Shown here one piece after another: positions 40,090 through 52,543 of a stretch of DNA of 64,000 nt. A program made the translations under genes and the position numbers. The stretch spans positions 2,083,305 to 2,147,304 of the forward strand of contig NC_057751.1 in NCBI RefSeq assembly GCF_004010195.1, in the 5' to 3' direction. The first letter of the stretch is position 1, and each line of letters starts with the position of its first letter. The notes below the pieces were generated by a model, which did no database searches, was not told the DNA's origin, and saw only the letters and a program-made list of their open reading frames with translations. This DNA comes from Chiloscyllium plagiosum. Its lineage: Eukaryota.

Positions 40090-40778
40090 GGTACAGATGC
40101 CTTTTAAATGCTGTAATTGTACCAGTCTCCACCACTTCCTCTGGCAGCTCATTCCATACATTCACCACCCTCTGTGTGAAAAAATTGCCCCTTAGGTCTC
40201 TTTTATATCTTTCCTCTCTCACCTCACCTCTCGTTCTGGACTCCCCCACCCCAGGGAAAAGACTTTGTCTATTTACTCTATCCATGCTCCTCATGATTTT
40301 GTAAACCTCTGTAAGGTCACCCCTCAGCCTCCGTCCTCCAGGGAAAACAGCCCCAGCCTATTCAGCCTCTCCCTATAGCTCAAATCCTCCAACTCTGGCA
40401 GCATCCTTGTAAATCTTTTCTGAACCCTTTCAAGTTTCACAACATCTTTCCAATAGGAAGGAGACCAGAATTGCATGCAATATTACAACAGTGGCCCAAC
40501 CAATGTCCTGTATAGCCACAACATGACCTCCCAACTCCTGTACTCAATACTCTGACCAATAAAGGAAAGCATACCAAATGCCTTCTTCACTCTCCTATTT
40601 ACCTGCGACTCCACTTTCAAGGAACTATGAACCTGTACTCCGAGGACTCTTTGTTCAGCAACACTCCCCAGGACCTTACCATTAAGTGTAGAAGTCCTGC
40701 TAAGATTTGCTTTCCCAAAATGCAGCACCTCACATTTATTGAAATTAAACTCCGTCTGCCACTTGTCAGCCCATCGGC
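40090..40778 (-). mobile_element. CR1-type 3' fragment
   Basis: KWQTEFNFNKCEVLHFGKAN...YRSWEVMLWLYRTLV. Confidence 0.88.
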
Positions 40779-40789
40779 ATTTGATTGGC

Positions 40790-41145
40790 ATCACATCACA
40801 AACATGCAATCCCTCCACCAGTGACGCTTATCAGCAGCAGTGTGCGCTGCAGAAATTTATCAAAATTTCTCACACAGCACCTTCCAAACCCACTTCCATT
40901 GAGAAGGACAAGGCAGCAGATACTTTGGAACACCATTACGTGCAAATTCCCCTCAAAGCCAATCACCATCTTGACTTGGAAATATATTTGGTGTCTCTGA
41001 GTCAAAATCCTGTAACTCCTGCCACCCCCCTGCCCTCCCCACAAAGGCATTATGGGTCAACCTACAGCAGGCGGACGGTGGCAGTTCGAGAAGACAGCTC
41101 ATCACCACCTTCTCAAGGGCAACTAGGAACAAGCAATAAAAATGC
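40790..41145 (+). mobile_element. L2-like LINE 3' tail fragment
   Basis: Matches 11880-12080 and 12960-13100 (gcagctcaccacca...caagggcaact). Confidence 0.7.
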
Positions 41146-41440
41146 TTTGGAGATGCCGGTGTTGGACTGGGGTGTACAAAGTTAAAAATCACACAGCACC
41201 AGGTTATAGTCCAACAAGTTTAATTGGAAGCACACTAGCTTTCGGAGCGCTAACACCCATTGTTACAGCTAACCTGAGAATGCAACTTTTTAAAAAAAAG
41301 GTTTTGTAATGACATAAGAAAGAAGTGAAACTATCATTGTATTTGAACAGATGAAAGACTCAAGAGACAATCAAGGTATCTTTCAATGTATAATTTCAGT
41401 TACATCACACTGTAAATTTTTGCTATACATTTTTGTCATA
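41146..41440 (-). mobile_element. PLE pseudo-LTR-derived repeat, family B, partial
   Basis: tttggagatgccggtgttggactggggtgtacaaagttaaaaatcacac...ctagctttcggagc is shared with 52331-52440. Confidence 0.75.
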
Positions 41441-44178
41441 CAGTGAATAATAAAAATAAATTTACTCAGTGAATTAACTATCCAGTTCTAAACTTGATAG
41501 CAATTTGGTCAGAAAGTCATAGCCAAAAGATCAAATTACTCCCCCTTCCAGTCGATAGTACAAAACTAGCATTTGTTTCATATGAAGGCAAAATACTAGA
41601 AATCTGAAACAAACACATAGTATGTTGGAGAAACTTAGCAGGTCTGACAATATCTGTGGAGAAACGTTTTGAGTCTGGTATCGCTTGGAGTATTGTGTGC
41701 AGACTCAGGAAGGACACATCGGCCTCCAAGGGAGTACAACCTTGGTTCACAAGAAGATACTTGGACTTCAGGGGTTAGGCCATGAGGGGAGATTACACAA
41801 ATTAGGCCTGTTTTTTTCGAGAATTTAGAAGACTAAGGAGTGGTATGATTAAAGCCTTCACGATATTAATTGGAATAGACAGGGTAGATACAGATAAACT
41901 AGTTCCGCTGGTTGGGGATTATAGTCATAGAGTCAGATGCTAGAACTAGGAGGCATAGGGCCAGAAGTAGGAGTGAGGGTTCACTGAAGTCCAGAAAAGG
42001 ATTGGTTAGACTGTGCAAACAAGAAGGAACGAGGGTGGGAGTTCCACAGTTTTGAAAGTCTGTGAAAGACGATAGGAAATTATGCTGCAAATTGATTTAT
42101 TTCAGACTTGGCCCAGGAGGGTTCTCGTCTCTAAATTAGAAAGTCATGAGGTCAATTTCCATTCCAGATACTTGAGTAGAGAAATCAAGTTGACAGTCCA
42201 ATTAAATGATGGTGCTGCTCTCTCTGAGGCGCAAACCTTTGGATGAGGTCTTAAATCGAGTCAGAGTCTGTCCTCGCAGGTGTATATAAACTGCTCTCAG
42301 AAGATTGTAAATTTTTGGAATCTTGTGGCCAAGAGGACTGTGAATGATCAGTTGTTCAGTACATTCAGCACAGAGATTAATAGATTTCTACATATCTAGA
42401 AATCAAGGGATTCATGCACGAAATTAGTGCTTAAATATAAGATCAGGCAGGAACTGATCTTACTGAATGGAGGAATGGGCTCTGAGGGCTGAATGACCTC
42501 CTTCTGATTCTGTTTTTCATGTTATTACAAACAATCAGACGGCACCATTTGAGAAGAGCAGAGAGTTCTCCCAGTGTTGTGGCTATTCTTTTGCATACTT
42601 CACTTCAAAAGCAGATGATCTGGTGATTAGCACAATGTTGAGTATGGGAACTTACTGTGTTGAAATTGGCCTGCATTTCTAACAGTGACTGCACTTCTAA
42701 AATACCTCAATGGTTGTGATGCTCTTGGGAAGTCTGAGGTCATGAAAGACACAACAGAAATGCAAGTGTGAAAGGGAGTAAATGTAGACGAACATTCCTG
42801 TTTGCCCAATGCAAACAGAAGTGGTTGAGGGAGCCCATGAATCTAATTCCAGAACCCAGTTCTCCAAGTACGGAATCACACCTGCTGCAGAGTGCAGACA
42901 TGTTGCACAGCTCAATCCACATTCTTTTCATGTTGAGGGTAGGGGATTTAACCTTGAAGATTCGTCGTTATCTAATTTAGACTCAAACCAGCGACCAGTG
43001 TACAGAGCCTTCACTCCAAATTTTTTTGATTCACCCCCCTTTCCAGGTTGTGCAGTTCGCACTGAACTGAATGAATCGTTTTGTAATGCACAACAAATGG
43101 TTGATGTGGATGGCTTTTCGATAAATCTATTCAACAGTCACAACAATATTGTCATACTGCATTATCCACCTTTGTGACAGGTGGTTGATTGGAAGGAGAG
43201 AAAGGAAACAGCCTTGATAATTTGAACATTTTTCAGTCAAAGCTCATTAAACAAATTCACCAAATCCTTGAGAGTGAGGCAGCTTGATGCAATACATGGA
43301 AGTTCAGAGCCTATAGTGTCCCTAGTGAATCTACAGTGCTGGGCTGTCTTTCAGCTGACAGATGGTGACCTATTTAAGAAGGGGACAAGCACAGATAATC
43401 CTCCCCACTGATTCCAATTCCCAATTTGACACCCCACCCTCACCCTTTGAGATTGGAGAGTCCGGCTGTTCCATGAGCTTTGTTAAGCAGCACAGCTGAG
43501 TTACCCCTGGGGGGTAAGTCAGTTTTAAAATTAGTTTAGGTTACAGTTTGAAGCCATCCCCCAAGCCACATACAAACAATGATCTGTTTTAAGAAGTGAG
43601 TGTACATGACCATCAGCAATCTTGATGTTCTGTGCAATGCAATAAATAGGTTGCTCACAGTACTTAAAGAATTCAAAGGATTACTGCATATGAGGCTCAT
43701 AAATAAGGTTGGTGGTGCTTGACTTTCTGTGCCATTCTTTTCTCCCATGACCTGGATGAATGGGGTAATGCTAACAACAATCAGCCATTAGAGGAAGGAT
43801 ACACAAATATCCTTTGTCAGTGACTGCAGGCTCATTTCTAAGCTTTGGTTTCCTTTACCAGAGTAATGGTGGTGCTGGTTTTCTGAGGGGGCGGAGGGGT
43901 TCAGTTCAGGCAGTCAATGTTCCTTAATTGAAACACATTTTTTTCTACTCTTTATTGTTCTTGATTTGGAAGAAGTAAACAACACAAATAGACTTAACTG
44001 CTACTTCAAACAGAAGCCTTCGAAGGAGTTAATGTTAATGTAGGTCCATTTTCCCAGTTCTGGCTCTGTATATTGGATGCTATTATGGTGTTGCCAGTGG
44101 TGCTATCATTTTGATGCACGTCTGCTTACTCGTGTATTGCAGTGAGCTGGTTATTAGACGGCCATCAAACATCATGTT

Positions 44179-46656
44179 GCACCCCATCAATAGTCATAAA
44201 GTTTGTGCGGTAAAAGCCATTAGTTTCTCATCACAGCTGAAAGCCACAGACAGCTATTTTCAAGATGTAATGACTTAAATGCATTTTAACACTCAGACAC
44301 CTACATTTTTAAAAATAACACTCTTTAAAGACATGCCAGTAATCTCTCATCAGGGGACAGTGAAAGACTCTGTTATGACCAGGGATTCCATTAACATCAG
44401 GTTTCTTTCAGGGCAATTTGCATGCATTTTATTATATTGTCAGGAACCCACACAGGTGACTGGGATCCAAAATGTGATTTTAAGAGGGCAGAGAAAAGAA
44501 CGGAATCTGAATGAGAAGATAACCCTTTTTTGAACATTTCACCACATCAACTTCACAAGGATCCTCAATTACTTCCAAGGTACAACTCAGGAGTGTGATG
44601 GAATGCAAGCCAGTCTAAGGAAGATGTTGCCCAAGTACCACCAGAATATTACCTGCCTCAGAAGGGGCCCGAACATTTTAGACCACTGCGACACCACTGT
44701 GAAAGATGCCTACTGCTCAAACCCCCACCCTCATTTCAGGAACTCCGACCACAATGCCGTGTTTTTTCTCCTGGCTCACAGGCAAAAGCTCAAGCAGGAG
44801 ACCCCTCACAGATACAGGTCCAGTGCTGGTCGGAGAAGGCAGAGGATCAACTCCAGTGCTGTTTGGATTCAGCTGACTGGGCATTGTTCAAACAATCCAC
44901 AGGTACCTTGGACGAGTACGCCATCACCATCACAGATTTTATCAGCAGGTGTGTGCAGGACTGCATACTGAGGAAGTCAATCGAGGTGTGCCCCAACAGG
45001 AAACCCTGGATGAATCAGGACATACAGAAACCAATAAAAACCAGGTGTGAGGCCTCTCAGATTGTCTCAAAGCCTTTTATGCTCACTTTGAGCAGAATTT
45101 CGGCAGAGCGGTAATACCTTTTCCGATAAGTCCAGACGAACCTATTCCAACAGTCACTGCATCAGAGGTCAGATCAGTTTTCCTTTGTGTGAATCCGAGG
45201 AAAGCGATGGGACCAGATGGAGTACCAGGCCGTGTACTCAGAGCATACGCAGATCAACTGGCAGACATCTTCGCAGATATTTTCATCCTCTCCCTACAGC
45301 AGGCCACTGCCCCTGCTTGCTTCAAGAGGGCCAACATCATCCCTGTGCCTAAGAAGGCTCATGCAGCATATCTTAATGACTACTGCCCCGTGGCTCTAAC
45401 TTTGGTGGTCATGAAGTGCTTTGAAAGGCTGGTCATGACATTAATCACTTCCAGCCTCCCCACTACTCTTAACCTACTCCAATTTTCCTATTGGACCAAC
45501 AGATCCATGTCAGATGCCATATCACTTGCCCTTCACTCCTCCCTAGAATATTTTGACATAAATAACAGCTATGTAAGAATCTTACTCATTGACTACAGTT
45601 CAGCCTTCAACACTGTTATCCCCTCCAGACTGATTACTAAACTTCGTGATCTCAGACTAAGCACCACTCTCTGCAACTGGATCCTCAGTTTCCTGACCCA
45701 CAGGCCACAATCAGTGAAGATTGGGGACAATATTTCATCCTCACTAACACTCAACATTGGAGCCGCCAGGGGTGTATACTCAGCCCCTTACTGTACTCAC
45801 TGTGTACCCATGACTGTGTCACCAAACACAAGACTAATGCCATTTACAAGTTCGCTGATGACACCACCATAGTCGGTCGAATCTCAGATGGTGACGAAAC
45901 AGACTACAGACAGGAGGTGGAAGACCTGGAAAAATGGTGCACTGAGAACAACCTAACTCTCAATGCCGGCAAAACCAAGGAACTCATTGACTTTCGGTGA
46001 GATGTTACTCATGCCCATCTACACATTAACAACACAGAGGTGGAACAAGTGAAGTGTGTCAAGCTGCTGGGAGTGGTCATCACTAACAAGCTTTCTTGGA
46101 CTCTTCATGTGGATGCATTGGTTACAAAGGCCCTCAGGCAGCTGAGGAAATTTGGCATGACGGTGAATACCATTGCCAACTTTTATAGGTGCGCCATCGA
46201 GAGCATTCTGTCTGGATGTGTCACTGCCTGGTATGGTAACTGTACCATTCAAGAGCGGAGATGGTTACAGAGAGTAGTGAACTCAGCCCGGACAATCATA
46301 AAGGCCAACTTCCCATCTACAGAATCCATCTGTCAAAGGACGGCTGCCTGTATTGCTCACAAGACAAAGCTTTTCACTGTGCCTTGGTACATGTGACAAT
46401 AAATTGAATGAAATTAAATTCAATTCAATTTAGAAGGATAATATTTAACAGTGTGGTCAAGAGCTCAAGCAAACTGTCTTCCATCAGAATTAGGGGGAAA
46501 TTTCTCCTCAGGTTTGAGTGACGCATAAATTATTTTTAAAAATGTAGGTGATACATTTAAATCATTATATGTTGAAAATAGCTAGCTGTGGCTTTCAGCT
46601 GTGATAAGGAACTGATGGCTTTTACTGCATAAACTTCAACACTATTGATGGGGTGC
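44179..46656. repeat. Pair of long imperfect inverted repeats (44179-44318 and 46530-46656); putative non-autonomous DNA transposon
   Basis: gcaccccatcaatagt...tcacagctgaaagccacag...cacctacatttttaaaaataa recurs as its reverse complement. Confidence 0.75.
44600..46432 (+). mobile_element. Rex1/Babar-clade LINE, degenerate
   Basis: KAMGPDGVPGRVLRAYADQLA...NDYCPVALTLVVMKCFERLV...YVRILLIDYSSAFNTVIP, KFADDT, FYRCAIESILSGCVTAWYG; (aattc)n tail. Confidence 0.88.
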
Positions 46657-46661
46657 TGAAT

Positions 46662-48137
46662 GAGCATAGAAACAAATCCTTCGGTCCAACTTGCCTATGC
46701 CAACCAGATATCCTAACTTAACCTAGTTCCATTTGCCAGCATTTGGCCCAGATCCCTCTGAAACCTTCCTATTCATATAGCCATCAAGGTGCCTTTTAAA
46801 TGTTGTATGTGCACCAGGCTCCACCACTTCCTCTGGTAGCTTATTCCATATACTCACCACCCTCTGTGTGAAAAAGATGTCCGTGGGCGGCACAGTGGCA
46901 CAGTGGTTAGCACTGCTGCCTCACAGCGCCTGAGACCCGGGTTCAATTCCCGCCTCAGGCGACTGATTGTGTGGAGTTTGCACGTTCTCCCCGTGTCTGC
47001 GTGGGTTTCCTCCGGGTGCTCCGGTTTCCTCCCACAGTCCAAAGATGTGCAGGTCAGGTGAATTGACCATGCTAAATTGCCCGTAGTGTTAGGTAAGGGG
47101 TAAATATAGGGGCATGGGTGGGTTGCGCTTCGGCGGGTCGGTGTGGACTTGTTGGGCTGAAGGGCCTGTTTCCATGCTGTAATGTAATCTAATCTAATCT
47201 TTATATCTTTCCCCTCTCACCCTAAACCTATGCCCTCTAATTCTGGACTCTCCCAGCCTGGGGAAAAGACGATGGCTATTCAATCTATCCATGCCCCTCA
47301 TGATTTTATAAACCTCTATAAGGTCAACCCTCAGCTTCTGACGCTCCAGGCAAAATAGCCACAGCCTATTCAGCCTCTCCTTATAGCTCAAGCCCTCCAA
47401 CATGATGAACTTTTTCTGAACCCTTTCAAGTTTCACAACATCCTTCCTATAGCAAGGACACCAGAACTGAATGCAGTATTCCAAAAGTGGTTGAACCAAT
47501 GCCCTATACAGCCACAACATGACCTCTCAACTCCTGTACTCAATACTCTGACCAATAAAGAGAAGCGTGCCAAAGGACTTACTCACTCTTCTACCTACCT
47601 GTGACTCCACTTTTAAGGAGCTATGAACCTGCATTCCAAGATCTCTTTGTTTAGCAGCACTCCCCAGGATCTTACCATTAAGTATATTAGTCCTGGCCTG
47701 ATTTGCCTTTCCAAAACGTAGCAGCTCACATTTATCTAAATTAAACTCCAGCTGCCACTCCTTGGCCCAATGACCCAGGTGACCAAGGTCCCATTGAACT
47801 GTGAAATAACTTTCTTCACTGTCTACTATACCACTAATTTTGGTGTCAGCAGCTTTTGACGAACCATACCTCCTATATTCACACCCTAGATTCACATTCA
47901 AATAATTTATACAAATGACAAAAAGCAGTGGATGCAGACACTGATCCTTGTGGCACACCACTGGTCACAGGTCTCCAGTCTGAAAAGCAACCCTCCTCAA
48001 TCACCCTCTGTCTTCTACCTTTGAGTCGGTTCTGTATCCAAATGGTTAGTTCTCTCTGGATTCCATGTGCTCCAACCTTGCTAACCAGTCTACCAGGTGG
48101 AACTTTGTCAAATCCCTTACTGAAGTCTATATTTACT
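46662..48137 (-). mobile_element. CR1-type 3' fragment containing a V-SINE
   Basis: IDFSKGFDKVPPGRL...SGVPQGSV; EYCIQFWCP. Confidence 0.88.
46885..47200 (+). mobile_element. V-SINE (HE1-like), full length, young
   Basis: Nearly identical to 14129-14440; (aatct)n tail. Confidence 0.9.
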
Positions 48138-48559
48138 TGATGTTTGTTTAAACTGGCCCTTAAATACCATTGCTGAATGGTTTCTTTGGTTGTCAAGTTC
48201 ACTGGGGCAACATAAAATCCCAGCTTAAAATATTGTTTATGAACTTCTTGTGTTGCTTGTGAAATTTCATGGCATAGATCAAAATAAACCAGCACAAAAT
48301 GTCGGTTTATCACTGGTTTTTACTTCACATTTAGCGTATCTGACTAAATATGACATTTCTGACATCTGTTACAGCTGCAGGAAAACACAGACTGCAATCA
48401 GAACGTTCTCTATTGTGTACATTGGAAGTATATATTTTCATCAAACATGTGAAATCCACTTCAGAATTGAATCCCACAACTTTTAAAGATAGAGATGTTC
48501 AAAGTGTTGGAGTTTAACTGGAAAAATACGTTCTTGGAACCACAGGGTAGCTCCTGTTC

Positions 48560-48820
48560 CTCTGTAAATTTTAGACTAATTAATTAAACTGTTAACAGGG
48601 TAGAAAGGAAGTGTAGTGGATGTGTGCTAATTTAAATAAACACACAGCATGTTAACAGCTTCGTAAGACAGCTAATGAAATTAAAACTGCCAATGCCATA
48701 TTGTGGTCGTTAGTCGAGAGACTCAATCTGTCACTGTTCATTCCTCATTTCCATTTGATGCTCCCACAATAAATGGTTTTTGACCATATTTGGGGTTGTA
48801 ATTTCAGAATTACTCCTGTG
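48560..48820. promoter_or_regulatory. Candidate intronic enhancer
   Basis: TE-free island with TAATTAATTA (48577-48586), TAATGAAATTA (48673-48683) and CArG CCATATTTGG (48784-48793); motif evidence only. Confidence 0.25.
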
Positions 48821-48869
48821 CCATGTCCTACTGAAGCTTGCACAAGAGTCAGAGTACAATTGAACATGT

Positions 48870-51310
48870 GGCAAAAGAGTTGGGGAGGGCTTTAGATATG
48901 TAAATCATTGGGATGTCTTCCAGGGAAATGTGGGACCTACACAGGAATTTGGGTTGCTCCTGAACTGGAGGGGAATTACTGGCAGGGAAGTTTGATATTG
49001 CCACTTTGAGGGCTTTGAATGATTATGGAAGGGGTGTGGAACTGGAGCAGGGGGTCATTAAGTATAGAGTTTGGGGAAGAGCTTCAGTCTCAAGCAGATT
49101 TAGCTAAGAGGAAGAGCAGTCAGGGAGAGATTGCTGAGCTCAGCAGAAATGAACACTTGTTCTGTATTTGCTTCAGTGCAAGACGTATAACTGGTAAGAT
49201 GATGAATTTAAAGCCTGGATTAATGCATGCAATTATTATATTATTGCTATGACAGAGACATGAAAGAAAGGGGTACAGGATTGTCAGCTTAACATTCCAG
49301 GATATTGATGGTTTAGATGAGATAGAAGAGGAAGCAAAAGAGGTGAAGGAGTTGCATTACTGGTTATAGCATATATCACAGCTGTGTTGAGGGAGGGCAC
49401 CCTAGAGGGATCTTGCAGCAAGGCATTATTGGTAAGATCAGGAATAGGAAGGGTGCAATCACAATGGTGTGATTGTACTGCAGACTTCCCAGCTTGGGAG
49501 ATTGAGGAAGACATATGTAGTCAGATTCTGGAAAAATATTTTAAAAAGCTGGGTTATTGTAGTGGGTGATTTTAACTTCCCCCATACTGACTGGGACTCC
49601 TGAAGTGTTGGTGGGTTGAATGTGGAGCAATTTGTTAGAAGTGGATATTCCAATGATGGAGGGGGTCATACTGGACCTGGCACTAGGAAATGAGCCCAGC
49701 CAGGTGAGCGGAATTTCAGTTGGGTAATGTTTTGGGAAGTAACCAGAATTCCATCAGTTTTCGGATACTTATGGATAAGGACAAGAGTGGACCTTGGATG
49801 AAGGTGTTAAATTGGGGGAAGGCCAATCATAACTGTGTTAGGCAAGAATTGGAGAATATGGATGTTCGAGGGTAAATCCCCATCTGATGTGCGGGACTCT
49901 TTTAATGACCAGTTAATTCAAGTGCAGGACTGGCACGGTCCTGTGAAAATGAAGGACAGGAATGGCAGGATTCAGAAACCTTGAATGAGAGGAGAAATTA
50001 TCAGCTTGGTCAAAAAAAAGGAAGCAAACTTAAGGTTTCGGGAACTATAAACAGACACAGTCCTCTAAGAAAATCCAGGAAGTAAGAAGGAGCTCAACAG
50101 AGAGTCAGGAGGGCTAAAAGGGGTGATGAAATGTCCTTGCTCAGCAAGGTTAAGGAGAATCCAAAGGCATTTTATTTATATATTCAATGCAATAAGGTAG
50201 TGAGGCAAAGTGTATGCCCACTCAAGGATAAGGAAGGGAGGATATGTATGGAGCCAGAAGAAACGGTGAAACCCTTAATGAGTACCTTTTATCGATATTT
50301 ACCAAAGAGAAAGATGTTGAGGTGAGGGAAAAGTTTGTGAATACTCTCAGGCAGGACGACATAATAAAGGAGGAAATGTTGGGTGTCTTGAAAGGTATTC
50401 AGGTGAACAAGTTCCCAAGCCTAGACGGGATCTTTCCCATGATACTGTGGGAGGTAAGGGAGGAAACACATATCTGTGCATTCTTTTTGACTTCAAGAGA
50501 GGTTGCAGAGGACTGGAGAATGGCCAGTGTTATTTGTTTAAGAAGGGAAACAGAGATAACCAGTTAATTACAGGCCAGCAAGCCTGACGTCAGTGGTGGG
50601 GAAGCTGTTGGAGACAGGATTTGTTCACTTTTGGAAGTCAATGGACTTGTGAATGATAGGCAGCATAAATTTGTGTGGGGAAGGTCATGATTCATCAGCT
50701 TGATTGCAGTTTTTGAGATGACAACAAGAATGATTGATGAGAGAAAGACAGTAGATGTTGTTCTACATGGATTCTCGTAAGGCATTTGATAAGATACCTC
50801 ATGGCAGGCAGGTGCAGGAGGTAGAATCTCATGGGATCCAGGGTGAGGTGGCTAGATGGATAAAAATGACTTGCTTACAGAAGGCAAAGAGTATCAGTGG
50901 AAGGATGCTTTTCAGAATGGTGATCAGTAACAAGTGCTCTGCAGAGACCAGTGCTGCGACCTTTGTTGTTTGTAATGCATATAAATGATCTGGAGAAAAC
51001 TGTAGGTGATCTGATTAGTAAGTTTGCAGGTGATGGAGTAAACAGCCGAGGAGCATTAAGATCCAAAGAGATCTGGGCATACTGGTCCACAGACCCCTGA
51101 AAGTGGCAACACAGATGGATAGAGGTCCAGAAGGCAGTTAGGATAGTTGCCTTCAAAGCCTGGGCATCAAATATAAACCTGTCAAGTTATGTCATAGTTG
51201 TACAAAACTTTAGTTTGGCCATATTTGGAATATTGCGTGCAGACCTGGTCACCACACTAACAGAAGGACACGGATGCTTTGGAGAGGATGCAGAAAAGGT
51301 TTACTAGGAC
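48870..51310 (+). mobile_element. Old CR1-type LINE (ORF1 end to RT), decayed
   Basis: ggtgattttaacttcccc (GDFNFP), KVKENPKAFY, KAFDKIPHGR. Confidence 0.8.
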
Positions 51311-52330
51311 ATTGTGAGAAGTGCACCCAACTCCAACTCCTCACAGACCACGTTAGGGAGTTGGATAAACTTCAGATCATTTGGGAGGCTGAGGGGGTGA
51401 TAGAGAGGAATTATAGGGAGGTAGCCACACCTCAGTTACAGGACAAAGGTCACTCGGTGACCATCAGGAGAGGGAAATGGAATAGACAGACAGTGCAGAG
51501 TCACCCTGTGGCCGTTCCCCTCAATAATAAATGTACTGTTTTGGATACTGATGTGGGGGAAACCTACCAGGGAAAGCCACAGTGGCGGGTCAAGCCACAG
51601 TGGCGGGTCTCCAGCACTGAACCTGGCTCTGTGGCTTAGAAGGGAAGTGGGGAGAATAGGAGAGCAGTAGTGATAGGTGATTCAGTTGTGAGAGGGACAG
51701 ACAGGAGATTCTGTGGTCGTGAACAAGACTCCCAAATGGTGTTGTCTCTGGGCTCCAGGGTCAGGGATATCTCCCATTGCGTCTCCAGGATTCTTAAGGG
51801 GGAGGAGTGCAGCCAGAAATCATGGTATACATTGGTACAAATAACATAAGTAGGGAAAGGAAGGAGGACCTGAAAAGAGAATATAAGGAGTTAAGTTGGA
51901 AGGTAAAAGGCAACACAAGTAGAGTAGTAATCTCAGGACTGCTACCGGTAACACATCAGGTGACTCTAGGAATAGACAGCGAGTGCAAATGAACACGCGG
52001 CTACGGGGCTACAGGGCTCCTAGGAGGGAGGCCTTCAAATATGTGGATCATTGGGATACCTTCTGGGAAGTAGGTCCTGTGCAAGAAGGACGAGTTGCAC
52101 CTGAACCGGAGGGGCACCAATATCCTGGGCAGGAGGTTTGCTCGAGCTCTTTGGGAGGGTTTAGACTAGATTGGTAGGGGGGGTGGGAACTGGAGCTACG
52201 GATGAGATGATGGAATAGGTAGTGAACAACCAGACACAGTGTGCACAGTGATTCTGTAAGGACGGATAGGCACTTGATAGGGCAAAGGTGCAGTTAATGT
52301 GATGGACTGAAGTGTGTCTACTTTAATGCA

Positions 52331-52543
52331 TGATTTGGAGATGTCGGTGTTGGACTGGGGTGTACAAAGTTGAAAATCACACAACACCAGGTTATAGTCC
52401 AACAGGTTTAATTGAAAGCACACTAGCTTTCAGAGAGCCGCTCCTTCATCAGGTGATAGTCACTTAATGAAGGAGCGGTGCTCCGAAAGCTAGTGTGCTT
52501 CCAATTAAACCTGTTGGACTATAACCTGGTGTTGTGTGATTTT
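52331..52543. mobile_element. PLE pseudo-LTR foldback insertion, family B
   Basis: ~84-bp arms (52373-52456 and 52460-52543), loop tag; 12-bp TSD tactttaatgca at 52319-52330 and 52544-52555. Confidence 0.88.

Noticed and set aside
42809..43177. 122-aa ORF with a strong polypyrimidine acceptor at 43046
   Set aside because: No recognisable homology; splicing from the GFRA exon would reach a stop after five codons
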